Below are positions 1-13,596 of a stretch of 64,000 nucleotides of DNA, piece by piece. The notes beneath the pieces are model-generated. The model was not told where the DNA came from. It saw only the letters and a list, made by a program, of their open reading frames with translations, and made no database searches. The position numbers were made by a program, and so were the translations under genes. Position 1 is the first letter of the stretch. Each line of letters starts with the position of its first letter. The stretch comes from Takakia lepidozioides (taxonomy: Eukaryota; Plantae; Bryophyta). The DNA is taken from contig CM060731.1 in NCBI GenBank assembly GCA_030704615.1, positions 4,836,001 through 4,900,000 of the forward strand, written 5' to 3'.

Positions 1-469
1 AATTCCATGCAAAAGTCCATAGCTTCATGAGATTTCACCAAAAAAATTGTACCCACATGTACATATGGTAAGTGGCTAACCCATTCTAAGTCCATTTACT
101 ATGAATATATACTTATGTGTATAGAGTGAAGAATAATATGATAAGCAGTCAGTCGAAAATTGCAAATTGCAGTCCAAACTGAGTCAATGTAGTCTGCATC
201 TACCCAAAACCCAAGTACTATAAGACAATTAAAATTATAAAAAACACATAGGACTTCCATATGACCTACGAACGCAACCTCATCTTGTGAGAAAGAGAGT
301 TGGACCCTTTTTTTGCCGGTAGGACTTAGTTTGTTTATGATACAGATTTCCGCCACTAACAATCCACTGATTTGTCATGTACTTACCGTAGTCCCATGAT
401 CCCCCGTAGCTAGTATGTCGTCGCCCTTGCCGCACGCATCAAGGTCTCATCAGCAGTGAAGACTGTGAT

Positions 470-1330
470 GGGATCATGCGCCTCATACAAGGTTTATATG
501 GTGTGGGAAATGTGGTGGTCACTGACAACTTCTTTACTTTTGTCCGAGTAGTATACGACTTGGTGTATCTCGATACTTAGGGTACATGCACCGTCTGTGC
601 CAAAGCTTTGGTGAAAGTATGAAAGTTCTGTCATGGTTTTAGTCATGGTTAACTAGAATTACCTACTTCTAGTTAATTAGGACATTTAGGATATTTATAT
701 TTGTATTTTGTGTGTTGGGACTTCATTTGGTCTCACATGCCAAGTGAGGCTTGAGGCTTGAGGCTTGGGACATGGGGATGGGTTTTCCCTTGTGAGGGTT
801 GAGGAGGGCTCATCTTCTTGTAGTTAAGCCTCCATGAGCCTCTCTCACCTCCATAGCTCTAGGTATTGAGAGGGAGGGCTTTGTAGGGTGGATTCCCTTA
901 ACAGGGTGTCATCGGCTTTAGTTTATGTGATATAGTATATTTTACTTGGAAGGACTAGGGCTTGTTCTTAGTGTGATTGCTTCATGCTTAGAGAGTGTTC
1001 ATTGTTTTCCACTTCCCCCATTTATCATGTCTTATCATTGTGGTATAGCTTTCTAGGATTGTGTGCTTAGAATGTGTGTGGACAACGATGTATGTTGTGG
1101 CACGATGCTTAGGTGCACGACAGATCGGTAAACAAGGTGATTTGAATTATAAGATGCATAGTATGTCAACTTGGCTACTGTCGTATGGTGGGACGGAAAA
1201 ATAATTTATGACGTACTATCTAGTGCAACAAGGCTTATTCATGGGCCCAATTCGTCTATCACTGTGAGGAGATTTGTGTGCAATTGTCGGGTTCTTATTC
1301 CTTCATCTCCAATGCATGTGCAATACTAAG
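470..1330 (+). pseudogene. Degenerate piggyBac-like (DDE_Tnp_1_7) transposase remnant, interrupted by unrelated sequence at ~620-1080
   Basis: Manual translation of ~491-605 gives GLYGVGNVVVTDNFFTFVRVVYDLVYLDT*GTCTV, matching the piggyBac 'V..DNFFTS..L...L.....GTVR' motif. ~1130-1325 gives QGDLNYKMH...VVWWDGK...LSS...IPSSPMHVQY with frameshifts. Confidence 0.65.
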
Positions 1331-2300
1331 ATTCCTAGTCAGGTTGAACTGAATGTGGGTCATAGGTGTCTTTGAACCTGCTTCATGTGAGATGAATGCA
1401 GAATCAATCATTCACCATAGATATGATAGGTTATCATAAGGAATAGATGACGTGGCCTCGGCAGTTCCGGAAATGCCGAGCGGTACAAATGGGCTCCAAA
1501 ACGCGTGGACCGACTTGTGCCTCAAATTTCAAAAAATTTAATATTGGATTCAAAATTTATTTGAGCATTATTATAAGGTTCATAGGAAGTCATATTCTCA
1601 CCGGATTAAAAAACGCTAAGATTTATACGTAGTTTCTTTTGATGGAAGAGACATATTGTTAGAAACTCCATGTTATGGACCTAAACTTGAACCCCCCAAT
1701 GAACACACACAAAGGAGCATGTAGTTTTTTTTTTTTTTTTTTTTTTTTTCGCATCCTTTGGCAATATGAAAAAAAACAAAAAAATATATATGACATGAAA
1801 TTTTTTGCATGTTTGCACATCTTGGAATAGGATCTGTCTATGGGTGTGGAGGGCAACAAAATTCAACCCGATACTGCAAGGTTATGGTCAAACCCAACAT
1901 TGAAAGTTTTTCAAACCCCCCCCCCCAAAGTTTTTCAAACCCCCCCCCCCCAAAAAAACCCCTTAACCATTAGAGTTTTTATTTCTGCGAAATTTTGCAC
2001 TTTTTCGACCTCCAAAAAACAAATATATTCTGTCATAAATTCCAAATTTTCTCATGGATGAAATCGCCAAACTTCTCCAAAAAAATATAAATCTTGGATG
2101 AATTTGCCTAATATGGATGATATACATGGATGAAAGTACAGAGGAGGATGATTATGTCCAAATTTCAGTGGATGAACTGAAAATGTGGCTATTTCCTGCA
2201 AAACTCAGTAGCCACTCCTGTTATTTTCCAAATTTGAAAACAAAAACACTCACCAAAGCACTGTAATCTTGAAAATTTTGGTGGTGAAAATCTTCTATAC

Positions 2301-3065
2301 TTAGTATATGGATGTATGTGATAGGTAACAATGGCGAGTGTCACTAAATCTGTGAACAAGTGGAATAAAGGGGACCTGGGTAGCTATGACTTGATCCATT
2401 GGCGTAAGTGTGGTCCTTTTTGAACCGGCAGAGTTAGATTGCACGGGTAAAGTGGCAAAATTATCAGCAACTTGCGCAGAGAAGAGGTCTCGAAGTCGTG
2501 AAGAACTGGTGGAGCACTCGTAGAAAATTCGAGCAATGTCGACCATCTCCAATTCTTGCGGTTGCACCATTGCCTTCCAGATAGAACCAGATCTGTGGAA
2601 ATCCATTCCACTATTTTTGTAGGGCACCACCCATGCAGCTGCAGGGTAAAACTGACCGGATTTTAGCATGCTCAGTAATACAGACGGCAAATTACCAGCG
2701 AGCTGCCTGCGCATTTTGTATTTGCTCCACATTTGTGCGTGCTCCAATACATTCTAGTGTGTGAGGCATACACGGTTCTTCGTTGAGGACGCACCGCATC
2801 TGATATACAAATCTAGACCTTCCTGCATCTGGTCGACACTTACATTTCTGTGCACAAATGTGAAACCTGGTTTATCGGCATTTTTCCAACCATGCCCGTA
2901 AAAGTATGAAGTCCTTTACCACGAAGAGCTTTACAGTGGACAAGATGTCTGGGTGGTGCAAGCCTCGGGGTATCCCACCCAAGAGACCTTTTGATAAGCT
3001 TGTTTAACATAATTAAACTTGATACATACAACCTACAGACCATTTGCAAATGCAAATAGAACAAA
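2301..3065 (-). pseudogene. Replitron HUH-endonuclease transposase, C-terminal part (split by the insertion at 3066-56159)
   Basis: Reads LFYLHLQMVCR...KALRGKGLHTFTGMVG / FTFVHRNVSVDQMQEG...KNRVCLTH / MWSKYKMRRQL...MLKSGQFYPAAAWVVP...GMDFHRSGSIWKAMVQPQELEMVDIARIF. These match plant replitron Rep motifs. The catalytic 'GYCxKD' segment is lost at a frameshift near 2880. Confidence 0.85.
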
Positions 3066-3287
3066 CGGCGCACATTAGAAAAGGCCCGGGAGTTTAATGC
3101 GACCCTTCGGTCCTACCTGCATGGCACCCCCGCCACCCCAGCCGCACCCCCTTCGCCGGCTTCTGCGCGGCTCGCGGTCGCTGCGCCCCTCGCCCCCGCA
3201 CCACCACCCCCCCCCCCGCCCGCCCGCCGTCACCACACCACATGAACTCCGTGACACATGACACCTGTCACCACAACCCAACATCGC
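3066..3287 (+). repeat. Left terminal inverted repeat of the giant element (~222 bp, GC-rich)
   Basis: Aligns to the reverse complement of 55925-56159 with scattered substitutions and small indels. Confidence 0.92.
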
Positions 3288-3289
3288 AC

Positions 3290-6200
3290 GCGAGACACAT
3301 CGTGAGTCGAAAACATGGATCCATACATGGCAGATGACACATACATGATGCTCACGAAAGTAACATGATGACCATCACGAAAGTCACATGATGACCATAG
3401 GCGTGAAGCCCTCACATATGCATGTATACACAAGGTTGTACATGTTCAAATTTCAAGATTCAAATTTGAAATTTAGTATCATTTTATGGATTGGGTCTAC
3501 TTCTAGGATTTATGATGGATGTATGTAGCACTACAATAGATGAGCGTTTTTATGACTACACATATGACTATTTTTTCAGTCCTATATGCGTTCATGACTA
3601 CATCACTCTATAGTGAAAAAAACCCTGTCATAACGACTAGTCTTTAGGACTGCATTTTGCAAGTCATAGCCGTGACTGCGTGCGTGGCACCTGGAGTCAT
3701 GCATAAGAGAGTGATGTAGTTACAACTCTATGACTTACATACGACTATCTATATGACTACATTGTCTGATGAGCGTTGCCTACATGGAGAGGCTTTAGAG
3801 GAACACGTGCACCATTGCGCAAGCGACACGTCACGACACCTGTTGCACTTCAGGTGTGACATGTGGCACTTAGACATAATATATGACTAGCATATATGGC
3901 AGGGTTTATGCCACGTGTTATCAAGAATGTCTCTGAAAATAATTTAATAGTTATATTTGTAATTTTAAATTCTTAAATTTATATTTTATTTTTGAAAACA
4001 GGGGATAGCAGCTTGGAATTTTTTATTAAATGGTATTATTGTTTAATTTAATAATGTTATATAAAATAAAAATAGATTAAATGATTTAAATTCTTCATTA
4101 TATGGCGAAATTCTGATATAAAAACAGAATGGACCCCTCTTGCATACTAGCAACCACAAGGACATTCAAAATAGACAAGTACAGGGAAATACACGCCCTG
4201 TAAATTAGATTACAAAAATCCAAATGAGACCAATGTCCCAATGGACACCTCAAAGGCCACAAGGTCCAAAAATCCATGCCTGAAAAGGTCCAGTAAGCAA
4301 AAACATAAGCAAGCCCACACATGGGCTGAATTGTTGTAATACTAGTTTGTTCTGGTGCTACTAGAATCAAGGACCCTGTTAAACAGTGCAATACTTACAG
4401 CCGATTTGATAAGAGGGAAAAACAGGGTGAAATGTGTTGAAGAAGGTGCCTTGATTAACGGTGCCTGATTTGATCAATTGTGCAGCTGCTGCTGCGGCTT
4501 CCAGTTGACCATCTACCCATGCAGGTTTCTTGTACCTATCCTTCCACAAGGAATCATAGGTAATATGGAGCTTGAAATCCGGCCCTCTTGGATGAATGTG
4601 GACCCACACATCTATCCCTGCTCCTTCAGCTATCCATGCCCCTGCACAAATCATGCATACATCCTCGCCTTGCTGCAAGCAGCTGACAATGACAGCCAAG
4701 TTCTATGACCCAAACCCAGAGTGAGCACAATGGCTTTGTAAGGCCAATGCCTACAGGGCATATTCAATACTACAATGAGGATACGCAAGCAGCAGATACC
4801 ATGTGCAAATAAAAAAACAACAAAGGTGGTGAAGGTGCGCAACTTGCCAAAGAGAGGGCGGAGTTGAGGAAGGATGAAGCAACTACAGACATTGCGAAAT
4901 GCTCTGATGCGGGCAGAAGGGAAGACCCAGGCCCTGTCGGGGTTCAGCTGGCAAAAGAACAAGCTATTGACAGCAACAACATGGAAGCAGAGTGGATACA
5001 AGTTGATTTTGACAAACCTGAGTCCATCAAACAAGGCATTAGAAGGCCCAAACAAAGAACACTGTCTAAAATCTGTAACAACATGAGACACGGTCATCAC
5101 ACACTAACCCAACATGGGTCTTGGCAAACTTTCAGCAAAGCTGAAACAATCACAGAAGCAAAAAAAAGGGCAGGACCTCAAGGGAAGATGTATGGAGTAC
5201 CTTTTGCAGTGATCAATGAGTACGTGGAAGGAGGAGAAGCTTACCCATTGCCAAGCACGGAGTACATGATGCAACCAACAACACAAGTATCATGTCAGTT
5301 CACTCATAATGAGCTGGAGGCACTGGATGAGTTGGACGAGATATACCATATAAGTGATCACACTCCAATAAGACTACAACAACACCCCACATCAACAAGT
5401 TGACACGGGGAAGTGCAAAGAAGGCCAAAATAAGGGATGGGATGCCTATTCTGCAGAAATCCAGCCAAGACATCAAGGATTTAGGGCAAAAACATGGATT
5501 TGGTCAAGAAGAATGCATTGGCATGGACAACATCTACAGCTCAGCAGGGTTTGAGCGCCAACCAGAGATATTCATGGAGAGGGTGACAAAAGCGAGGAAG
5601 AAGCCAAAACACAAAGCCTTGACGCATTCACTGAAGACTGGGCAGACAAACAGATAAGAGAAGACAGCTCGCAAGAAACGGATAAGAGGGAAAAACAGGG
5701 TGAAATGTGCTGAAGGGGGTGCCTTCAGTAGAAGTGCCTGACCTTATCAATTGTGCCGCTGTTGCTGCCGCTTCCAGTTGACCATCTACCCATGTAGGTT
5801 TCTTGTAGCTATCCTTCCACAGGGAATCATAGGTAATGTGGAGCTTGAAATCCAGCCCTCTTGGATGAATCTGGACCCACACTTTATCCCTGCTCCTTCA
5901 GCTATCCATGCCTCTGACAGCCTAGAATTCTACCAGCAAACACCCCAACCATACTGGTGTGGAGTTCTTCCCCAAAACACCCCAACCCTACTTATCACAA
6001 TCTGAAATGCATCTGCTTCTCTCTGTAGTCCAACAGGCATTCGCCTTTTTGTCTCCATTGTTCCACCATTGACTGGGGTCGGAAAGTGTTTACCCCAAAG
6101 CTTCTCCTCACCTCTATTATATGTTTTTGGATACTTCCATGCTGCCACACTGGCAGTAACTTGCCAAAGTCACTCCAAACCACCACAGATCTACCCAATG

Positions 6201-7147
6201 ACCTAACTTACAGAATTCAATATGCATCTTGCAGCCGAGTCTGATGAGAGGGCAACACAGGCTGAAATAGGTTGAAGAAGAAGGTACCCTACCACATTGT
6301 CCTTGACTTGTCCTGACCCATGGAGGATTTGACCGACCATCAACCTAAAAGGACCTCTTGTGTGTGCTGCTTGAGTCTGTAGTCAGGTAATGTCGGATTG
6401 GTCTATGAGATCGAACCACTACGGCGTAGCTGAGTAATCAGAGATTGAAACACGCATGCTAAGACCAAGCTGACTCTCCCAAGAACGGCGAGCTCGCTTC
6501 TCTTTGTCTCGTCTCCTCCTCCTCTTCTCCTTCATGCATCATTTGCTCAACGCCTCCATCCCACGCCCCTGCATATCCTGCTATCATCGCGTTCCATCCC
6601 TCGGCTATGTGGTGTGGCGCATGAGACAAAAAAACGCCAAGTCCCAGCCCTCCTTTCTGTTCACGATTACCCTAATGGGCAACCTTATTAGCAATTTTTT
6701 AACTTTTTAAAACCTAATGGGCAACCTTATTTGCATTATATGTGCCTTCAAAATGACACGTGTAGTGATGTAGTCGTATAAATAGAGCTGTGAAACCATC
6801 TTCAGTCATGGAGTCATAAGATTCCATGAAACGTCGTCCACGTGTAGTCAAACATATCACACTAGTCATATAAACCATCCATATCATCATGGTCAACAAT
6901 GTTTGACCAATGCTCCCTAACTTTCCGGAGTCATGTAGTGATATCCATTACTACAAAGTCATAAAACTATGACTGCAATGCATTTCAGCGCTCTGTAGTC
7001 ATCTACCTAGTGCAGTTTTTATGACTCCGCCAAAGCCGTAGTCCTAAAAACGCTCATCTCTTGTAGTGTAGGTACGGATGGATGAGACCAGGAAGTATGT
7101 GTACTGCGCACCCATGGGAGTCATAAAAGCCGCAATCTGTTGTAGTG
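3290..7147 (-). mobile_element. Inverted left terminus of the large CACTA element (3290-3528 + 7072-7147), itself interrupted by Pack-CACTA A
   Basis: 7132-7147 GCAATCTGTTGTAGTG is identical to 47083-47098. The flank GCT (7148-7150) is the reverse complement of AGC (47099-47101), i.e. a matching 3-bp TSD once re-inverted. ATGAC-rich subterminal motifs are present. Confidence 0.75.
3529..7068. mobile_element. Non-autonomous CACTA element with captured cargo (Pack-CACTA A, 3540 bp)
   Basis: TIRs CACTACAA(T/G)AGATGAGCGTTTTTA at both ends; perfect 3-bp TSD TAG (3526-3528 / 7069-7071); ATGACT/AGTCAT subterminal repeats; no transposase; internal duplicated coding-like fragments. Confidence 0.93.
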
Positions 7148-7711
7148 GCTTGTAGAATGTTGAGCACAAGAGGAACGATGTATTCATTGTGTATGTGTAC
7201 ATGACAATATTTTACAAAGCTAGGTTCATTCTCCAGCGACAAAGACTTTACTTAACCTCAATTGAATAAGAGAAGAAGAAGTGAAGCTGATAAATCCGAC
7301 AGGAGGATGACTACACGGAACGGATGGATGACAAACGGATGCAAATGCCATGTGTAACGGTGCAGCCATTACACAGTGCAACCCTCGATGGGATATACAT
7401 AGGTGCTTTTTCTGCTGGGGGGGAGTTCACGTTTGTCCCACCGAGACCTTGTGGAAGAGCAGGTTCAAAAATTGAATATAAGCACAGGGTCATTCTGTGT
7501 TTCATGTGATTCATCGTTGTTTTTCTTCACATCATCTCTTTCAAGAGGGAGTATCTGGAAGTTCTGTTGTTATCTTAGGGTTACCCAAGTCGTCTCCTGT
7601 ATACATTGTTTTCCTGGTGTTCTTCTAAGATTGTCATAGCTCTTTGGAGTCATCTTCTCCACACACTATAGTACTTACATATTCCGAGGAGACTACTCTA
7701 TCAAGGTTGCA

Positions 7712-8191
7712 ATGGGATTTGGGGCAGGTGTAGCTTTCAGGCTCCGGAAGATTTATGCAGGATTTGAAGAATTGCTAGCCCACATTCCCCATGAGGTCAT
7801 CTTGCACCTTCTTGAAAAGGTGCAAACGGAAGAAGGGCAGGATAAATTGTGGGTTTACAAAATCCAGGGAGGAGTCAGGACAATGACAGTCCACATGGGC
7901 GACCTGAAGTGTTTCTACACAATGGATGCAGAGGAGCAAGGAGCTGTGGTTTTGTGCCATGTGTTGTTAGGTTTCGTGGACAGGCTTGTGTTGAAGACCT
8001 GGCACCACACAAGCACCCGCTATGAAGGGGAGGGTGTTGTGGATTGGGGGTACCATGTAGATATAGGAGAGGGATGGGTACGTGAGTTTCTAGAACACAT
8101 CCCAGAAAGTAAGAGGGGCATAATAGTCGTAGACCCCTCTAAGGGGTTTTTGGAGGATGAGGTCCGTAGCTATGCAGGATTGAATGGTTAG
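7712..8191 (+). CDS. Hypothetical protein exon (159 aa), probable accessory gene of the giant element
   Basis: Open frame with protein-like composition; no recognisable motif. Confidence 0.35.
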   Translation: MGFGAGVAFRLRKIYAGFEELLAHIPHEVILHLLEKVQTEEGQDKLWVYKIQGGVRTMTVHMGDLKCFYTMDAEEQGAVVLCHVLLGFVDRLVLKTWHHTSTRYEGEGVVDWGYHVDIGEGWVREFLEHIPESKRGIIVVDPSKGFLEDEVRSYAGLNG

Positions 8192-8369
8192 AGATTGTAA
8201 GACTCTCTTGTTTTCATCGAAGACCTGGTACTGGCTGAATTCATTGCACCAGACTCTCGCTTTGTGTCTCCCTATTCCGGGGTTTGTACATGAAAGTCTG
8301 CTTCAAACATATTGTACATGCATGTTGTAACAATTACTTCTCTCAGAGTTGGTATGAGTTGAAGACTAT

Positions 8370-9930
8370 TGGTTCAGGCTTTCCTTCATTCCTCTATAAA
8401 GTCCTTCACACATGCATGAATCTGCTGAGTGTGACTTGCCCAACAATCAGACCCCAACATGGCCAAGGCTTTAGGCTCGGCCTCCAGAAAGTTTGTGAAA
8501 ATGTGTGAAAGTTGGTGAACAGAGGTGTAGGGAGAGACTATGTTTGATATGGTACTAAATACTCTGAGACATTGTTTGCTTGCATCAACACACATACCAA
8601 ATTCATGTTAATTTCCCCCCTCCACACTCCCTACCTCTTGCCTTACACCAGCTTAACACACCCTACTGTCTATACTATATGCATGCCTTAGAGCTGCTAT
8701 GTTACCCAATACATTAAGGTCTTCTTTGACACCCATAAACCCATACTACCCTCTCATATAGAGGACCCTCTTGCTCATCTTCAATCTGCAGTCTGCCCTC
8801 CCTGTTCACTAGCTTCTACGCCACTAACTACTGGTACTACAGCCCCCTCTCCCTGCAGCTTACAGCATCCTTGGACGCTGCTGCCCACACATTCAACCAC
8901 CCACCCAGGTTCCACAACACCTCTAGCTCATGTATCTCTACTCTCCTTCTCACTCTCTCTCTCTACTAACTACAGCTAACTACCTGTTTCAACCAGTGGT
9001 CATGTGGTAGCTAAATTGGTGCAATGGCCCTCTTGCCTGGGGCAAGCCCATGATCCCCTCCCAATGCTGTATTGCTGCCCCCACAGCTCCCATTGCTTCA
9101 CACCCACACAGACACCACATCATTTTCCACCCCCCCTCTTGGAAATTTGGGCCGCTCCATCCATTCTCGCATCCATTCTTGGGCAGAAGAAGAGGTGATA
9201 GACCTACCTTCGTGAGGGGTTCAGTCCAGTTGTTGGACTTATGTTGGTATACAAACATTGGTTGAGGAGATTGTTGAAACTTTGCTTCATTCCTGTAGAA
9301 AGTCCTTCACACATGCATCAACCTGCTGAGGGTGACCTGCCCAGCAATCAGACCCCCACATGGCCAAGGGTTTAGACTCAGCCTGGATCGCAATTTCTTT
9401 AACCTCTTGAAAGTTAGTGAACAGAGCTGCAGGGAGAGACTATGTTCGACATTGTTCAGGCTTTCCAGAGTCCTTCACACATGCATGAATCTGCTGAGTA
9501 TGACCTGCCCAGCAATCAGACCCCAACATGGCCAGGGCTTTAGGCTCAGCCTCGACAAAGTTTGTGAAAGTGGTTGAAATTTGGTGAACAGAGGCGCAGG
9601 GAGAGACTATGTTCTTGCTGGTCCCGAGTACTCATGAGACGTTGTTTGCCATAGCGTCGTGGCCATAGACCCCGCATCCATGGTTGGGCAGCAGAAGAGG
9701 CGATAGACCTACATTTATGAGGGGTTAATCCAGTACTGGGACTTACGTTGGTATATAAAATTGGTTCAGGAAATTGTTTAGGCTTTCCAGATTTCCTGCA
9801 GAAATCCCTCCGCACAAGCATCCATCTGCTGTATACCCCAAGAGGAGCAGTGCTTTAGGCTGAGCCTCCTGATTTTCAATGTTGGTGAACAAAGGTGTCA
9901 GGAGTATGGTCCTGAAGAGGGTTGCTCACT
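8370..9930 (-). repeat. Cluster of about four degenerate copies of the 3' end of the same LINE family seen at 62004-64000
   Basis: ORF 8386-8595 FTNFLEAEPKALAMLGSDCWASHTQQIHACVKDFIEE versus the LINE C-terminus FTNFESLEAEPKAQALLRPSFWANHTQQIDACVKGFLED. The motif CC(T/C)TC(A/G)CAC recurs at ~8403, 9304, 9472 and 9806. Confidence 0.8.
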
Positions 9931-10402
9931 GATGAGAAAACCCCAACACTGAGTGATTCCAACAACTCCCAGCATGTATCATTCACTTTCAACTCCACCT
10001 GCTGCACCTACTTCAGAACATATGCAAGTGCATGAACCCGTGCATATGCAAGTAAGGTGGGAGAACCTTCAAACCATGTGAAAGCAAAATGAAAACCATG
10101 AATACCAGGAGTACACATTGGACATGAATACATGGAAAGATTGCTGTCACAATCTGTTTTTTGGCATTTGCATTGTACAAGCAAACATCACATGCTTCCA
10201 GAATTCCACCTTGAAGGGTCACACAAACGTAGAAAAGAGGCAAACTATGTGATGCTAGTGAAAGAGGTTCAGGATGCTACTAACCAGTCAACCTCTTTGA
10301 AATTCCACTCATAATTAGGCACCTCAACCCCTTGCCTAATCATTCACACACACGCATATCCCACCGAAAGAAGAAGACCGAGTGATGAAAGTGATTGCTC
10401 CC

Positions 10403-11325
10403 TCAATGCGGCAAGACACGCAAAAACACCAAGGATGAGTTCTTCCGCATATGCATGAAGGAAGCAAACATGACATACATCACTCCATCCTCAATAGTTA
10501 GGCAAATGTCACCGGCCCTGGTCCAAGTTCTTTCAGGTCTGCAGCCCTTCTGAAGCTTGCGCATGATGGGGAAACGAAGTTCGTCCAACAGTTTAATGCA
10601 GTCCCAGCCTTCATCCACCCATTGAAACAAGGTAAGAATATGAAAACACTCGTTCTCCTTTGAAGGGTCCAGGCCAACGTATGTGGCCCCCACTCTTCAT
10701 TAGGAGCACACAAGAATCTTGACCTGAGTACAACGGTGTTAGGCTGTTTTGCAGCTGCACTGTTGGTGTCATTGTAGAAGCCAGACCAGCCCACTCTACC
10801 TGCAGACACATGTGCTATAAGAATGATGTCCCCTGCTGTGGGTTTTGACCAATCCACCAACGCTTCCAATCCGGAGATGCGAGTCCCCACGATTCCAATA
10901 ATATCTCCTACCAACTCCTTGTGAGTGTCGACATCAACAAAAGCTTCCTGTTGCAGCCAGGAGCTGCCTACTCCTTCTTGAGCATCTGACATTGCTAAGT
11001 GCGAGAGGCGGAAGTGAAAGATGGTAGTGTCGTGTGGGGAGAGTATGTGTTCAGTGAGGCTAGAGAACATGACTTTTGGAGGGGGTAAATCATGTGCTGC
11101 ACGATTTCGGATGGGCACATGCATCTTGAGGAGCAAAGGGATACTGATTCCACCATCCGCTGAGGTGCGCATTGGTCCACATGTATGGACAACACATGCA
11201 TGAAGTGGAGGCAATGTCTCTGATTGGCAGCCTCCACCCACATGACAGTAGGGCAGGAAAAAGTGGCGGGTGCTTCGGAGGGATGCTTCGTTTTGAATTG
11301 GCATTGCCACAGTCAGTATTCTCAT
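10403..11325 (-). CDS. Hypothetical protein (two overlapping frames, frameshift near 10690), probable accessory gene downstream of the MULE transposase
   Basis: 275-aa and 96-aa ORFs join at ...FLCAPNE/WGATYVGLDP...; no family recognised. Confidence 0.4.
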
Positions 11326-12438
11326 TCTTGGTGGGATGTTTTGATCACAAACGTGGTTGGAGAGGCATTATATTTATTGCTATCTGAACCCATTGGAGTG
11401 GGGGCAATATAGCTGCATTTTATGATGGGCAGAAAGCTTAGTCTTGACATTTTAGACATTTTGGGGTCCGAACGAACTTGTCTCCACGTCGTTCCCTGTA
11501 ACATCACTGGCAGCTCTGTCCTTGCACCTATGCTCTACAATCATATAAATAACAATATTCCATGGGCATTGTATTCCTGCCGGTTGTGCATGCTCCCTTT
11601 CATGTGGAACACAAGTATGGGTGATCGACGCCAGAGAGCATTGGAAAATGTCTTTGAACCCTAAATGCTAGTCCTTTGCTAAGGAAACAATACCAACTTC
11701 AAATGAAACAGTTGTACATGGCCAGCGACTCAAAGTAGGTATTCAACTACAAAGATGCATGTATATGTGTAAATTTGGAATGCCATCTTCATTTGCAAAT
11801 GCTTGCCTCATGATGGAGAAACTGAGTTCGAGCCCATGCATTTGAAGAAGGTCTCCTGATTCGAAATACCTATTGAACTACAGTGACCCAAACCAAAGAT
11901 CCAAACTCCCAGCAAGTTGAACTACATCCCAACTCACATGTAAGAGTTTGACGAGGCTACAAACCGAAAGAGAATGAGCCCTATATCTGATGCTATTGTT
12001 ATGATGGTCTCCAATACTAGAAAGTTGCCTCTTTGAGGCAACAATATGTAGAGCTCGGTTTCAACCCTGCTTAGGCGGTTCAAAGTGTGTCCTAAACCCT
12101 AAACCTCAATGAAAAGCAACATACAAGTCCTCGTTGGCAGGCTAAAAAGATGCATTGGTCTTCCTCACCGTCTCCTGCAGTTCACATGTATTAGCCACAG
12201 TTTTTCAGATGCAAAGTACTTCACCACCCCCTCATAGTTCACCATCCCATTTCCATGCACACACAAATTTGAAAAGACGTGTTCAGTCGGAAGGGCTACT
12301 TCAGATTATCCTTGCATAGACCAGCCTCATTTCCCATTAACTCAGCATGCACCCCATGGAAATGACAGACCTGAAGTTCAGAACTAGGAGAAAGACATGA
12401 TCCATGAGACCTCCATATGCTGGCTTACCTGAAGTCCT

Positions 12439-13596
12439 TCAGCCGGTGTACAACCTCTTCCTGGTCCTGGAATCTGAGGGCACGGGTGGGTAATTTCCCG
12501 AGTAGCCATGCCTCTCCAAAAAGTCTTTGTAGCGCGCAAGTGACTTTCCATTCCCATCATCAACATTAGTCATAACTGGCTCCCCAGTAGGGTACTGAAG
12601 ACCCTCCTCCATCATGGCAGTGAGGTCCAAAATCTTTCCTTTTGTAGCTCTCACCGAGGCAAGAAGGTGTTGCAGGAGAAATATGTTGTTATCCGTCAGT
12701 TCAAGAATAGTTTGCCACTCTGTGGAGATAAGGGCAGGTGGGCTGGGCAGTGGACTTCGACCAGCGGATGTTCTTTGAGCCATTGAAGGGGAGGTCAGAC
12801 CTGGGGGAGTTTGTGCAGAGGATGGGATGGAAGAAGGGAGTCATGACCAGTCATCAAGTTGTTCAGGCCACCTTTACATGTGCCCATGAGGGAACCGCAG
12901 AACTTTGCAATCAGCCCATCCTCCACTTGGGGGTGCAGCATCTTCAGAACCTTCACCTGGTGTGCGCACATATTTCCTTTCTGGGCCCAATTGGCAATGA
13001 AAATCACAACATGCCCATTTAGAATCCGGATTGTAGATAGTATATGTCATACCCAAATGGCGGTGGCATTGAACTGTTGCAATGCCTCCGGGTATATGAG
13101 GCAGATGCACATTGGCATCTGGAATGTCCTTGGCAAGCAAGATTGAAGTGCGAACAAATCCCTCCTACCGCTTGTTTTGGATGAACCCATATGCCTTTGC
13201 ATGTGACATGTACCAATAATGGGTTAGCACATCACCTGTCAGTTCAGAGATGAGCCAATCCACCCACCTACTACTGAGGACGCTTTTGGTGCTCTTCATT
13301 TGCGCTTTCAGGTTCCCGTGGTATGCTTCTATGGCAGCATTAGTGTCTTGAGATGCATGAGGTATATTGCGGGATCCCTTCATCCACATTTTGGCTTTTG
13401 GAAGCCACTCTGTCTCCATGTAGGTGCAGAATTCTGTCTCAGAAGGGTACTTCTCCCGCAGGTCCAGAATTTTGAATACGGCCCATGCTTCACATGCATC
13501 CCCAGAGGTCTCCTTTCTATCGTACATGATCTGTGCCAGGTCTTGTAAGATAGCCGCTCGTAATACTGGGTCTTTCACCTTTGCAGCTGCATTATT
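12439..13596 (-). pseudogene. MULE transposase (AT1G60560/AT4G13970-like lineage), C-terminal part with catalytic Glu and SWIM zinc finger
   Basis: YMETEWLPKAKMW...HASQDTNAAIEAYHGNLK...RWVDWLISEL...HYWY, then WACCD..CNWAQKGNMCAHQVKV (SWIM); frameshifts present. Confidence 0.88.

Noticed and set aside
629-1084. Possible solo LTR (TG...CA) inside the piggyBac remnant
   Set aside because: No matching TSD and no second copy in the window.
1725-1950. Poly-T and duplicated AAAGTTTTTCAAACCCCCCCCCCC
   Set aside because: Simple or low-complexity repeats with no supportable function.
2050-2180. GGATGAA-rich patch, mirrored by TTCATCC-rich 47820-48005
   Set aside because: Only a short shared motif with no extended alignment, and the patches lie on different nesting levels.
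4500-4545. 'YKKPAWVDG' as a DYW:KP (U-to-C editing) motif
   Set aside because: The surrounding sequence lacks the E/DYW domain and the HxE..CxxC deaminase signature.
12091-12105. Telomere-like CCTAAACCCTAAACC
   Set aside because: Only about two units; expected by chance or an isolated telo-box.
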